A stretch of DNA of 64,000 bases, from contig CM022671.1 in NCBI GenBank assembly GCA_012295275.1, positions 12,090,001 to 12,154,000 of the forward strand, given 5' to 3'. The notes beneath the pieces were generated by a model, which saw only the letters and a program-made list of their open reading frames with translations, was not told the DNA's origin and searched no databases. Within the stretch, counting starts at the first letter, position 1. Each line of letters opens with the position of its first letter. The position numbers were made by a program, and so were the translations under genes. The DNA is from Chrysomallon squamiferum. Lineage: Eukaryota > Animalia > Mollusca. This document shows, piece after piece, positions 37,901-51,900 of the stretch.

Positions 37901-40900
37901 TTCAACATGCAACTTTAATTTTAGTTTTTTGTTTTTATTAATAAAATGTATTAAGTGATTAAAGTATTATTATTAAGAAAAATCAAGAAGTGATGTTATG
38001 CTCAAAAAAAGATATTATACAAATCTTAGGTTACAGTTTTGGTATTCTTGTAAGGATTATACTTAAATATTAGTTGCTTTTGAAAACACAAATGAACAAA
38101 ATAAAAGTTTAAATCCAACATAATGCTCATTATCAATCACACAAAAATGAACAAAATAAATAAACATATGTTTAAAAATAGACACTTCATGCCACAAATC
38201 ATGCTAAACAAATATGTCTTTCGGGACATCTTGATATTATTATTACTGTTAATTATGCAACATAACATTTATTATGTGTCATTTGAATAATAAGAAACAG
38301 GAAGCTACTGTCCTTTAGACTAGCATCTTATTGAATAGCATCAAGGAATAGTTTATAGTATTGTAACTCATATAATGTGCAAAGATGTTGAGTCAGTAGC
38401 TGGAAGGAAAAAAAACCTATTATGAATTATAGACCATGTTGTTATTAGGCTGAAAGATATATTTCTTATTACATTTGTTACCCAACTGTGACAGTCATTA
38501 AAACATTGGCTTTTTAATATGTTTCACTGTCCATGTCATTTAAAAAAAAAAGAAAAAAAGAAGAAAGTTATGCTGTATGCTTAAAGGTACCTCAGCTGGC
38601 TTGTCTTTCTTCATTTCTTCTCGAACACTCTTGATGCTCTGTGTATCAATACTGCTGTAGTCCTCATCTGAAGCAACGCTGTCATAAAGTGGTTCATCGT
38701 CACTAAATGCACTACCCGTTTTTGAAATTCGAGACTGGAAAGCATTAAAATTGGACTTGTCTGAAAATATATAAAAGTTATTCTTAAACTTTATTTGATT
38801 CATAAATAATCGCATTGAATAATCTGTAAAAGATATAAGTAATCTAACAATATCTTTAGCTAAGTATTTCTTAATCTGGTCAGAGCTGAAAACAAAGGTA
38901 ATTAACTTCTGTGTGATAAATAAAGAACACAAACCTTTACCAATGACCCATTTTCCACAGCACATTCCAAAAGCAAATCAACACACAAGTAATCAATTGT
39001 TATTCACTGTTAATTCTCACTAAAAACAAAACCAGTATTACTTTCCTCCTACTTGTCTATATTTCACTTTAGATATGTACATCTCTGTGTGCATTCCTAG
39101 GAAATTGCTGCTCAAGGGGGAATTAGCACATTCATGTTCACTGGAGCGTTGAGCAGGTGTACTGCTGAGAAACAATAATACCTGGATGGACTCAGTGAGG
39201 ATAAACACTGTGTTGACCTGTGGTCAGACAGAGCTATACAGCTTCATTAAGTAAAATGTCACAGGTTGATGTTTTTCAAAATGTAATGAGGTGAAATGTA
39301 TGTAAACATGTCACATTATAATCACAGAAACATGTTTGAAACTCAATTTAGCAACAAGATGTCTTGATAAACTGTACATATTTCACTGCTTTTACTTTTG
39401 TATTTATTTATTTTATTTTATTTTTTATTTATTTTTTTCTTTTATCAAAATCTGTTTTAACTTTAGCCAATCTATTGTTAATAGTCTCTATTACTTATAT
39501 CTGATTAATTAAAATAAACAGTTATATAATAAATCACATACAGAATTACAGTGTGTTTCCTCTCTTCTTATAATCAGATAAATAAAATTAGTCATCAGTG
39601 TAACATTTAGTGAGTAACACAAAGTAAACAGTGTTTAATTCCTCAGTGTATTTAACTTTCTAAAGATATCTTTGCTATGTCTAAAGTAAACTGTATTCTA
39701 ATTTGATACAAATTAACCATTACTTGGAGTAAGGAAGAAAACCCCAATCTTATTAAGACAGACATTTTCATACTTTGTAGTATGTGGTGACTTGACTTGA
39801 TCTCCTATTTCAGAGTAATGGTTGCACAGAAAGGAATGGGTATGGCTGCTCAATTAAATATGGTTGTATAAAATTATGTAATAACTCCTGATTTACAGAT
39901 AACAAATTAGGCACAGAAAATTTAAATTTTTATGGGACTCTTCTTTGTAAAAGTGACAGAATATATGTATGAAGTAACATTTTTTAAAATTTTTATTAAC
40001 ACAATCACACATACACTCTCTTTCAAATATATATATCGACAGATAACAAGGGAAGTAGAGAGAAAGAGAGTGAATGTTTTATTGATTTTATACAGCAATG
40101 TTGATTTTGGATTTGCAACCAAATTCAGAATATTTTGATTTAAATCTGAAATTACACGTTTATAGTGATCAGTGAGAAAGGAGAGATATCTGACTCATAA
40201 ACTCCACATTAATTCAAAACATATGAAACAAACAAAAACCACCAGAACCCTTCACAACCATACTATGACAACCTAATGTAAATGTAGATATAAAAACAAT
40301 ATATTTTTAATATATGATGTGAAATTTTGTATTCAGTTGATAGACTTTGTGATATTAATTGTTTATTTGTTAAACATAATTTCAGTGTTGGCAAAAAACC
40401 CCACCAAAAAACAACAAATCAGTTCAGTATGTCTTAAGCCAGTTAATGAATTTTTTTAAATTATTAAAAAAATTTCACTTAGTAATTGATCTCATATACA
40501 GTTCAAGCAGTGTGTAATGTTAAATACAGTTAAAATTTTAAAAAAATGTATTTTTACAACTGAAAATTAAAAAATAACTCATATATATTATTTTAACTGT
40601 TAGTTTATCCTTTGTTTTCTTCCTAATTTCTGCTTGATAAAACTGAAATTTTTGTTATAAAAGACAACTGGCAATTCCAAGAGATACTGCAGACCATCAT
40701 GTTTTCAGCAAATATTTTGTAACAATTAACTTTATTCTTAAAGACAGATAAAACCTACTGTCAGATTTGCTTTTCAATTTCAGGTTTCATCTTTACAGAT
40801 TGAAAGATTTCATCAAGAAAGTGTACAAACATTTGTTTTGACCACCAAAAATTATTTTCTGCAGAACTGTATAGTTTAAGTATTCATAATTCATATAAAA

Positions 40901-43900
40901 AATCTAAATACAGATAAAATATCTTTTCCTTGTTCATGGTGCATCCCATATAAAATATTTGATTTGTATTAACAGTAAATATCACACTAAATCAGATTGT
41001 ATTTTGTTCAGTAAATTTTAGTTTGCTGGATGTAACAGATAGCCTTAATAAGAATATGTCGAGAAAAACATATATAATGATTTGTAATAATAAAAAATAT
41101 AATATAAAAAATTTAAGTTTTAACATTTATTTCTTTTTAATCTTATTTTATGGAACATCTACCCACCCCTAAAATAGTAACAAAACAAAAAATCAAAAAA
41201 ACAATTTTTTTTTTTTTTTAAAAATTAAAATGATATAAATATAACAAAATTTTACCTGGCTCCTTAGGAGTATGTGTAGGAGATGCAATTCCAGTTTGTC
41301 TTCTTCTGGCATCATTCAGAATATCAATAATAAGCGTTGTAAATTCCCTTGCATTGAATCTTGCCAATTTTTGTCTTCCCTGAAGAAACAAAATAAAATA
41401 TTGGTATAACAGTTGATTCTATTTCAGTCTGATTTTGCTAATTTATTGTGATTTATACATTTATAGTGCAATTGTTCCTTTCATTTTTTTCATTTCAGGG
41501 GTGTATTTATCTCATTATACACTGATTTTTCAGATGTTATGCTTATAGTAATTCTGATTTGAACACACCATTTTTAATATTAAATTATTATGCCTGTGCA
41601 AGTACGTCTTAACAAAAATAAAGAAAAAAAAAGAAAACTGGTATGAAAATAAAAAGCAAATCACAATACAGTATAGATTCCAGGTTTACAGCATTGTTAA
41701 CATACGATAATATAGGAATACAGATATAATCTACTTTCTTTTTAGCTGAGTTCTGAGCACATCAGATTTTCTTTTTAACATTTCAATAAAATAAAAATTA
41801 CTGCCTCTTTGTAAACTCATTAGTCAATAAAATGGAATTACACAGAATATATTCAGGTCATCTGTACCCTACACAAAAAAACACTCGTTAAACATGGTTT
41901 ATTTTCAGTAAATATTCGACAGGAAAAAAATAAAAATAATAAGAAACAACTAACCTGGTTTCTTGTTGTAGATAAATCTGGATTTACAGGCAGAAATGGC
42001 ACAGTTTGTCTATCACTGACTGTTGTTGAGTGGTCATGAGTTGCAGACCAAACTGTTAAAAAATAGTGTTACATACAAAACAGAGAAATGTAAATTATGT
42101 GTGTGTTTATATGTAGTGTACTGTAGTTGTGTGAGTGTGTGTGAGAAAGACATTTTTTTAGCATTCAGTACCATTTGTCAATTGTTATAAACTTATTCAA
42201 ATTAAAGATACATTCTGAATTCTGATTTCTTTTAATTCTTTTTCTTTTTAAAGTCAGTTTCAATCAGAATTCTTTTCATATTTTAGTTTCCTTCTTTGTT
42301 GTTTGTTAATTAAATAAGATATGTATTAATGATTAATACATTTTAAACAGGTTAAAGTGCTACATTCATATTTATAAATGTATTTATTTAAATGAGAATA
42401 TTCTGTCATCTACTATTATTAAAAAAAATTGTAATTTATTATAATATTATTCTATTGTCTTTCTATTTTACCAAATAAATAACTTACTATTATCATTTTC
42501 TCTTCTATCCACCTCATCATAAACATCCATTGCAAGTTCTTCAAAAAGATGATTAGGAAGCTGAATAGAAATTATTATCAGAGTCATAAATATAAATATA
42601 TATTTATTGAAAAAAAGCTAAATGTCTGTTTAGTATCTGAACTATATAGTCACTGTATTGTACCACTATCATGTGCCTATGTGCAGTAACTGCCAGATAA
42701 AGCAGACATATACAGTATATATCTATATATCTATATACCTATATACATTACATATATACCTTACATACATACAACATACTGTATCATGCAGTATGTATTA
42801 TGTTACAGAAAAGAACATATTAATATTATTAAAATCTTTTTAACACATGTAGAAACTATGACAAGACAAATCTCTTTATCAGTTGTAAAAAGCTGTGAAT
42901 GCTTCGAAATCAGAATATTATACAGAATATTTTCATGTTATCAGGAAAAACAAATTCTGTAATGTTATGTGATTGTATATTTGATTATTTATGAATTAAT
43001 AAATTAAAAAATAGATTCAGTTAATTCTTAACATAATTCATTTAGTAAGTAATTTGTACAATAACAGTTCTGAATTAAATTATGAGAGCTTTTAATTTGG
43101 CTAATTATTTAAACAATTTAATAAGAAAATATTAGAAGAAAATAAAAATGAAAAATTTAATTAAATACTCACTGCCTGTAATTTTTTCTTTGCTTGCTTA
43201 GCAAGTTCTGACAAATCTGAATTACTGCAACAAATTTTTTTTTTAATTAAATTTTTCACTTCCAAAAAAATGAATATTCATAAAATTAAAATTAAATGTA
43301 TGAATAAATTTAGAATGCTTAAGTACAAAATAATGAAATAATCTTTATATTTATTTACTGTATAAAATATTTACTGATGTTATGCAATTGTTGTATTAAT
43401 ATGATAATTAAAAAAGAGAAACAGCAAACTAAAAAAGAGAAAATTTACCTGTCTCCCATTTCAGGAATTATAAAATGTATATTTGTTCTATGGTCTGAAA
43501 TTTTAAAATATTAATCTAAATTAAAATTTAAATAAAAAGGTAGTCAATATTTCAGTATACATTAAAAATTAAATTCCACATTATTACATTCTGAGAATTT
43601 TTTTTTTAAATATTATAAAAGCTTTTCAAAGAATTTCTTTTCCTGAATACATTGATTTAACAATATTATTTTCATATGGAAATTTTAAAAAGTATATATG
43701 ATATAAAAGAAAAATAACTATACAAATATATTGTTTAAATTTAAAAATAACTAAATTTTAGGAAACAACATATAAAAAAACAAGATAAAAAAATACCTGA
43801 TAATTTTAAAATATTTTTACAATTATAAGCACATGATACCCTAGTGATTTTTATTTTAACATTTATCATTTCGAAATTAAGTTATTAAATTAAAAAAATG

Positions 43901-46900
43901 TCCAATATGGTTAGTATATTTGGATAAAAGATAACATGAACTAACCTGGCTTTTTGCCACATATGTAATATGCTAATCTGTCAGTTAGTTCATACTGGGC
44001 TTCGACTAGACGATCAGCTAAATCATTGTGACCTTCTGCCCTGTTAAATAGAGCAAATTTATTTGTTTTAATACTAGTTAAAACACCAAAACAATTGTTT
44101 TTATTTATATTTAGAATAATATTATCTGCAATAAATTACTAATTTAGTCAGTATCAGAAGAAAAAATTGAATTAAATTATTGTTCACCAACAGTTCTGCT
44201 GAATATGTTTCAATATCATCTAACCATTTGTGTTTATTTAGATTAAACAATAACATTTTGTAAAACATTAACACATTTATTTTGTTTTGTTCTTTATAAT
44301 TAAATTGATATAAACAGATACAAAAGTTAAGAAATATTATAATAACTGCATTAGTTAAAAAAATATTTCCAGCGTTGTTGTTTTGTTTTTCAGTTTAGTG
44401 TGTGACAGATGAGGTAACTGTTTTACCTGGCATAATCTACTGGAGTTTTGCCTCCAAGATCTAAAGCACCTGGATCTGCTCCGTACACGACTAGAAGTTC
44501 CACCTGTGATGACTGGCCTGCCTGAGCTGCAATATGAAGTGGACAGTTCCCTTTCTCCTGTAAACAAAATATTTTTATTGGCTAAGATATAAAAGATTCA
44601 ATCTAATTCTTTTATTAAAAAAGATAATAATAAGAATAAAATTTAAAAATAACAATAATGCATTAATAAAATAAAATAAAATAAATAAAAATGAATGTTA
44701 CCTCAAGAGATTTTATTATTAAATGTTATTAGATCTCAAGCATACACTTCATGTACACTGTAAAATGACAAAACTCAAAAGACCATGACCATTTTTTTCA
44801 ACATAAGCCTTAAACAGAATTCTCTAGCAGACAATATCAAGTTCTGGGTCTTTTTAGAGCTTCTGGCTGATTTATTGAAAATATTTTAGTCAGCTATTGA
44901 GATTTTCTTTTTTCTCAGATGCCTTAGAAACTTAGAAAATGACAATACGAAATGTTCTGATAGCTGAAACAACAACAAACAAACATACCATATGGAAATA
45001 GTTAGGATCAGCTCCTTTGGAAAGAAGTCTTAAACATGTTTCCACATTGTTTGTTCGAACGCTTGAATGAAGCTCCTGCAAAATACATTTTTAAAAATCA
45101 GATACTTCACAATCAAGTTATCATTTTAATAAACAAATCTTAAAAAACTTAAACTAACCAACAAGAAGCAATAGAAAATAGATTTTTTTTAGATGCTATA
45201 TACAGTGGTACCTTGACTTTCAAGTGTCCCAACTTACGAGTTTTTTGAGTTACGAGCAGCTACCTGGTTGAGTTTTTGCTTCCAGTTGTGAGCCAAAATC
45301 CAAATTGTGAGCGAGCTTCAGATATGCTGCTGCTAGTTGGTGCAACGAACAATACAATATCCAGCCAGCATCCGGTGTCTAACTCATTTACTTCACATAG
45401 TTACCTCATCACAGAAGCATCTCAGTTGTGTTGTGTTTGCATTTTGTGCAGTATTTTGCCCCCAAAAAAATGGATCCTAGGAAAGTGAGTGCAAAGGACA
45501 GTGCTGAGAAGAAGAAGAGGATGATGTCCATTGAATTAAAGCTTGATTTCATAGAAAACCATTATCAAAGTGTGCTTGTAGTCAACTTGGTTAGCCAGTA
45601 CCAGTATCATTTATATATACGTTTTTCTTATTTAAAAACAATACGGGTTGTTTTTGGGGGTAGGAACAGATTAATGACATTTCAATTAATTTCAGTTGGG
45701 GAAATTGAGTTAAGAGCTCGGCCATGGAACAAATTAAACTCATAAGTCAAGGTACCACTGTATTTTTAATATGTTTATTTATAAATCCACTAAGTTAATT
45801 TAGGTAAAGTGTATCCATTTGTTTTAAATACACAAACTTTTGATGCCTGCAGTATGTGTTGCTGTATGCTTTTCTGACTGAACTTACATACATATTTATA
45901 ACAAGAACATGTGACATTATCATTCTTTCTTTGAAAATAAAGCTATATAAAACATCTGGAAGGGTATTTAAATAAAAGCAAATTTACCTTGCTGACATCA
46001 TCAATTGAGCTAACATCACTATCCTTGTGTTTATTGACAAAAGAAAGAAACTGATATTTGGCACGAATAAAATCAGCCTTGTTTGGACTGAAAAATAATT
46101 ATGTTTTCTTTTATAAGAAAAAACAAAACAACTCTTACTTTCTTCATAATGATAAACATACAAAAGTGTTTGTTAATGACTACATTCAGATACATTCTTT
46201 CTTTATTTTTAAATTAAAATATAAATAATAAATTGATAATAATGGTAAATGAATAAATAAATAAAATTAAAAATTCACTGAATAATTGATGTTCAGCATA
46301 AGACCATCTTCTCTGATTAAACTTTTGTCTGGATAATAAATCTTGTTCATGAAATCCTTTTTTACATGACAAAAAATACTCTTTCATGATAAAATAAGTG
46401 AAATTTTACTGTATTAAACAAGGTAACAATTATAAGCTGTATGATTTTGAAAAGATAAGTGACAGTTAATATAAAATTATTTAAAGACTAAAAGATTTTT
46501 TACTGTAATGGATCCCGAGGATTTGGTTTCCTTCGTCCATGTTTGTTTTGTGAAGGATCCAGTAAAGCATGTTCCCATATATTGTTTGCACCCTGATTGG
46601 TCAGCTGATACACCATCTACAATTTTTATTTGCTACATCATAATCTGTGTTTCATATGTAATAACTAACTAAATTTAAAAAAATTAAAGTTGATAATATG
46701 TAACTAATTGTCACAAAAGATAGTAAATAATCCAAAAACAAATTTCTAGACAAATAGTTACAGGATATTTTTCTTCTTTTTTTTTCAAATAATAAATGTT
46801 ACATATTTATAATTAAAAACAGTTTTGAAGATTATTTGTTGTTCTAACATTATAAAAAGGATATAACTTACTGCATGTTGTGTAGCACACCACTGTCCCT

Positions 46901-48439
46901 TTCTAAGAGATTTCACCTGAGAGATGTGTCGACCAAGACTTCTGTGAACACTGCAGCATTCATCACAAATGAGCACACCTCGATTAATGGAAGCCCATGT
47001 TGGTTCTGAAAACAATTTTAATGATTACAAACTGATTTATATAATAATATATAATTGATGGTTAGGCAATGCAAGTGGACCTGAGCAAAATAATTAGTGG
47101 ATAATCATCACTACCTGGAAACCATACAAAGTGAAACAATGCACAGGATGACCAGTGACTCGGTGAGATAAAGAAGAATAAATTAGATGAGTACTTTAGA
47201 AGGATAATTTGGCAGATAACAGCATGAGACAGACATTTGCCCCAAAAAGGCTGCAGAGTATTGATAAATAATTACTTTTCACAATATATATATATTATAT
47301 TTCTGTTTAAGATAGACATTAATAATATTACTAAAACTGAAAATTATGTTTCATCATAACAGTATCCAAAGCAATGGCATTTCTTGACTAATTATTTCAT
47401 AAAATATATTTTGGTGTTGTATTTTTATATAAAATGAACAGAAAATACAAATTAAGAAACTTTAATTAAATAAAATAAAATGATTTTAAAAAAGAAATGA
47501 AAATCAATATCCCTATAAATAATCACTGTGTAAAATATTCCTTAATTTAGTAACAACTTTTCTTTGGTGGTATTTTTTTTTTTTTTTAAAGTTTTTTATT
47601 ATTAATTTCTAAAACAGATGTAAATGCCAACATCTACTGGAAAGAGCTTTTATTAACAGTTCAGTTTCATGAATATTAATTCTGAATTTATCTGTCTGAT
47701 TAAATGCTGTCTAAAACAAAAACATTATTAAGTTGATTTTATCTGTTTCTAGAACACACTATCAGTACTAGTTGGATATTTGGTTCAGCAGGTGGCATCA
47801 GTCTGATATATAACAGATGTGCCGGCTGATACAGGTCAAGAAATTACTGTGGAGATAACAAAAGTTGAAATATGAACCTGACACCATTAGTCTAGATAGT
47901 TTGTGCTATAATGTGAATCATGTAATCCCTTTGAATGTGTGTATGTGTGTGTGTGTGTGTTTAACATAGTCACAGATCAGAAAATATTTTCTGAAATGAA
48001 TGTTACTGACTGAGTTTTACCATGAATTAAACAATTAATTATTTATTGAAAAAACACTTGAATACTGTTGATTTGCATTATCTGGATTCCTTCACAACAT
48101 AAGTTATATATATAAACAAATTTAAAAAACGAGAAAGACTGTATGTGAACAGTGGAGTTAGCAATCATATTTACATTACTATGATTCTATTAATAGTTGT
48201 ATTAATAATTGATATATGGTAAAAATGTTGAAAGATATATATACAGACATAATAATTATTAAGAAAAATGCTGAAACTGAAATTAATCATTTTAAAATAA
48301 TTTGCAGTTGATTAAACAATCACAGTGTAAGTTGTTGTTTATAATTATCATCGACATATTTAACATTTTGATTATTTAAAATAGTACCTGGTGCAGAACA
48401 GTCAGCACAAACTGAGGAATACAGTGTTGTTCTTGACAT
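31972..48439 (-). CDS. GIT: ARF GTPase-activating protein GIT (ArfGAP zinc finger, ankyrin repeats, Spa2-homology domain, coiled coil, paxillin-binding C-terminus); 20 core exons
   Basis: Exons 48388-48439 ([17 protein letters not shown]), 46872-47005 ([29 protein letters not shown]), 46504-46616, 45988-46087, 44989-45075, 44427-44557, 43946-44040, 43449-43494, 43173-43224, 42488-42560 ([16 protein letters not shown]), 41955-42052, 41256-41379 ([13 protein letters not shown]), 38591-38760 (YDSVASDED), 34785-34931, 34051-34269, 33738-33809, 33455-33561, 33110-33295 ([12 protein letters not shown]), 32692-32755, 31972-32172 ([16 protein letters not shown]). All are GT-AG and the frame is continuous. 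Confidence 0.96.
34379..34740 (+). mobile_element. Highly decayed Tc1/mariner-like 5' fragment
   Basis: TA followed by a TIR-like start caatgggtgggcaaaaaa. Broken peptide RVLKK..STE..S....KTAR....[11 protein letters not shown] resembles the HTH-GRP..AR..ICSQED region of Tc1/mariner transposases. Confidence 0.45.
35042..35260. repeat. 55-bp tandem repeat x4
   Basis: aaatgcagtttgtgactacatccgtggttagcagtgtgcttcatccctggtggtc starts at 35042, 35097, 35152 and 35207, essentially identical and without spacers. Confidence 0.97.
36927..36977 (-). CDS. Candidate 51-nt cassette exon of GIT ([17 protein letters not shown])
   Basis: actaat...cattgtag|GAT...GAG|gtgaga, phase 0/0 matching the flanking exons, open frame. 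Confidence 0.55.
45203..45760 (+). mobile_element. Non-autonomous Tigger/pogo-family DNA transposon (internally deleted)
   Basis: Perfect 17-bp TIRs CAGTGGTACCTTGACTT / AAGTCAAGGTACCACTG and TA on both flanks. It retains the transposase N-terminus [29 protein letters not shown] (CENP-B-type HTH start). Confidence 0.92.
47060..47260 (+). mobile_element. 3' fragment of an RTE-clade LINE
   Basis: Broken peptide [39 protein letters not shown] resembles the RTE C-terminal W.P...KR..GRP.TRW.D......W...AQDR..W signature. Confidence 0.6.
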
Positions 48440-48999
48440 CTGTGACAACCCAAGCCTCCTGGCTGTAACCTGATACAATGGCACTTCTCGATCTCAAAGA
48501 ATCCAAAGAGTGCTCAGTTTTGGGAAAAAGTGCTGTCAAATAGTAGGGCTTTTATTAAAATAAAACATCATGGATGATACTATCAGTATTCCCCTTCCAA
48601 AATTCTAAAACATTTAAACTGTTTATAATAAAAGAGGAAACTAGAATGTATAAATTTTGTGAAAAACAAGATAAAATGTAACCTTATCTCCGAAACTCTG
48701 CAGGCAGCAATCACGACTGAAGTGCAAATCTTTTCAATGTCGTAATGTGCCAGTCGGAGAATATGTGTGCTAAATCGTATAAATAAGACTACATTTTTGG
48801 TTCATAGAAAAATTCAGATATCTTTATTTGCAGCCTTATATGAATATATTAATGAACAATGATTTTATAAATACAAAAATGGTAGATTTACGATAATCGT
48901 AAACTGTATTGTTTCCGAATTTTAAATGAGTCACAAAAATGAGGCATTTCATTTCCTAGTTATAGTTTGGAACTGATTATGATTTGTTGTTCATGACGC
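48440..48999. promoter_or_regulatory. Shared divergent (bidirectional) promoter and 5' UTR region of GIT and ANKRD13
   Basis: Only 560 bp separate the two oppositely oriented start codons. The interval is locally CpG-richer and has TGAGTCA at about 48927. Confidence 0.7.
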
Positions 49000-51900
49000 A
49001 TGGCTTCTAAGTCGGTTGAAAGAGAATTTCCGTTACATTGGCTTGTCTGGCACAATGAAACTGAGAAACTCGATTCCGAAATTTCAAAAAATATAGTATG
49101 TATAAACAGTCTTATTTGATTTATGTCCTCTATTTTAAGTATTTATTTCATTTAGAATTTTAGTCATTAATTTATTTTCTAGACTGAGAACTTATCAATA
49201 GCAGTATTTATAGCGTATGCTATTATTACTACTTTCTATGTTAAATTATTATTTATTTTTACTGAGTTTTCAGTACTGAGGCCATGAATTTCACTTAGTT
49301 TATGTAATACCATCTATAATTCACTAAACTTTTTGTTTATTTAGCATTACATTTTCATGTAAATGTAAAGGTAAACTATTTTTGGACAATTTATAGTGGG
49401 GTTTTTTACGAATTTTTCATTTAGTATGACTTGGAATTGGTTGATCCTCGAGGTCGCACGCCTCTGATGCTTGCTGTCACATTAGGCAACGTAGAAAGTA
49501 CTCGAGTTTTATTACGCCATGGAGCCAATGCAAATGCAGAAAATAGTGGATATTGGTCAGGTTTGTATACTGTGAACAGGTACACTTACAGATACTCATC
49601 AAATTAATTTCTGACAATGTTATAATTTAAAATTCCATACCTTAAAAGAATATGTTTTTTGTATAAAAAAATAAACTGATATTGTTTTTAAGTTTAATTC
49701 TCCTTCATTAATAAATAATTAAATATATTTATATATATATATATATTTTGTATTTTTATTTGAAATTAATATTTAACTTTTCTGTTCATTAAGTTAATTT
49801 CTATTGCAGCTGTACTTGTTACCGTTTTTTCTTTTTCTTTTTCTTTTGCTTATAAAATTAAAATCTTTACTATGAATAATATTATAATTTTGTTAAACCT
49901 CATTATGTAGAAAAAGACTGTTATGTACCTGTAATTTTGCACATATTTTTATTTTTTCAGTCTTACATGAAAGTGTGGGTACTGGTGACCCAGAATTGGT
50001 ACAGATGATACTACAGAGTCGAGATTGCCAGCGATATAACAAGCGGACAGTTGGAGTACCTGAACTATTACAAAGACTAAAGGAGGTTAGCCTAATTAGT
50101 TTGTTGATCAACTTAAGTTTAAAATCTTGATGTATGTGTTAATAAGTGGTTTGTGTTTGCTGTGCACTGGAGCACACACAATGCCACAGAACACAGGAAT
50201 GTTTTGAAATAGTATATTTTAAAATAAAAATATATTCCTTGAAGCTGATGCTAGTTGTTTTGTCTAATATGGTTATTCAGTTGAAGATATTTTTCACCAA
50301 ATTTCTCCTTTATTTTGACAAAGTTTATTTTTTATTTTGAATTTTATTTCCTGCCATTAGTGTTCACTTTTGCTGCTTATTTATATCTAAATTTATAAAA
50401 CTGCTTTACCTTTCTGTTTAATTTAGACTCCCGATTTTTATGTGGAAATGAAGTGGGAGTTTGCCAGTTGGGGTAAGAATAAGGCCAGTACAATGTTGTT
50501 GTTTTTGTTTTAATTGAAATGTATTTCATATTTAGGTATTTAGATTTAATATAAATATTATTTTAAAAAGTATTTGAAGATATTATTAAAGTTGAATGGG
50601 GTAAATATTTACATATTATTTTAAAATATTTATTAATTTACCATTCTAAAATTTGCAGACATTTTTGTTGCCATTCAGAATAAAAACAAAGTAATTCTAA
50701 CCCTAGTACTTTATCTGTAAAAAGATAATGTTGGAAAAATATACTTAATCTGAAGAATGTTTTTATATAAATAATTTGGTCATTCCTTTTCCAGTACCTT
50801 TGATTTCAAGAATGTGCCCAAGTGATACGTACAAAGTGTGGAAAAGTGGTATGACTTTTTTCATTTGTCAGGCTCAGTTAAATTAATTATTTTAATATCA
50901 TCTTAATTTTTTTTTGTAACTTATAAATATAAAGTATTAAAAATATTGAATACAGATCACTTTATAAAGTCTAAAACACAAAGCATTAGTGATACTTGCT
51001 AATGTAAAAATAATAAATCTGAAACATCAAAGTGGCTTGTTTAAAACAAATCTGAATGTATGGTTTGTTAATGCTCTTGTTTTACTTTTACTTAAAAAGG
51101 ATCAAACGTGAGGATAGATACTACACTGCTGGGCTTTGACAACATGAACTGGCAGCGAGGAAGTCGATCCTACATTTTTAAAGGAATGGGTTAGATCATT
51201 TTCTTTCATTATGTAACACATATAACTTTTAACTGCAGACATTTTCACAGATCAGTTATCCATTGTAAATTGCAAACCTAGTATTATAAATATAATTTAC
51301 CCTACTAGCAGTCAGTCTTGCTTTAATGGTCACAATACTGCAGAATATCTGGGATGTGTGTCACATCTTCATTAGATGACTGAGCTTTTTCAACTTACAT
51401 CTTCCTTCAGATTTAAATTTAAAATTGAAAGATAATACTCTACGTAGGAATTTACTGCAGAGAGAAAATTATATATTAGATGAAGTTAATGTTGCCTACA
51501 AAACACATATACACACACAAAAATTATACTGTTGTTGTCCAAGTTTTGTTTTATCTCCTACTCTTAAAGGTGAAATTATTTTTAGGCACTTTTGTGAAAT
51601 AGTTTTCTTTTTTAGCTGATTCAGCTACAGTGATGGAGGTAGACCATGATCAGAAAGAAGTGTATACAGAAACAATGCGACTGGTTGATGTCGCTCCACC
51701 AATGTCAACCGTGAAACCATCCGAGGAAGCTGTAGCTGCTAGGCTCACATCTCCAATAGCAACAACTTATATAGATACTGATAAAATCTCCTTTGAACGG
51801 TTGGTAATATTTTACTTTATTTTATTATTACCGTTTTTGCTTTTTCTTTTTTTTTTTGCTCATAAAATTAAAACCTTTACTATGAATAACATTATAATTT

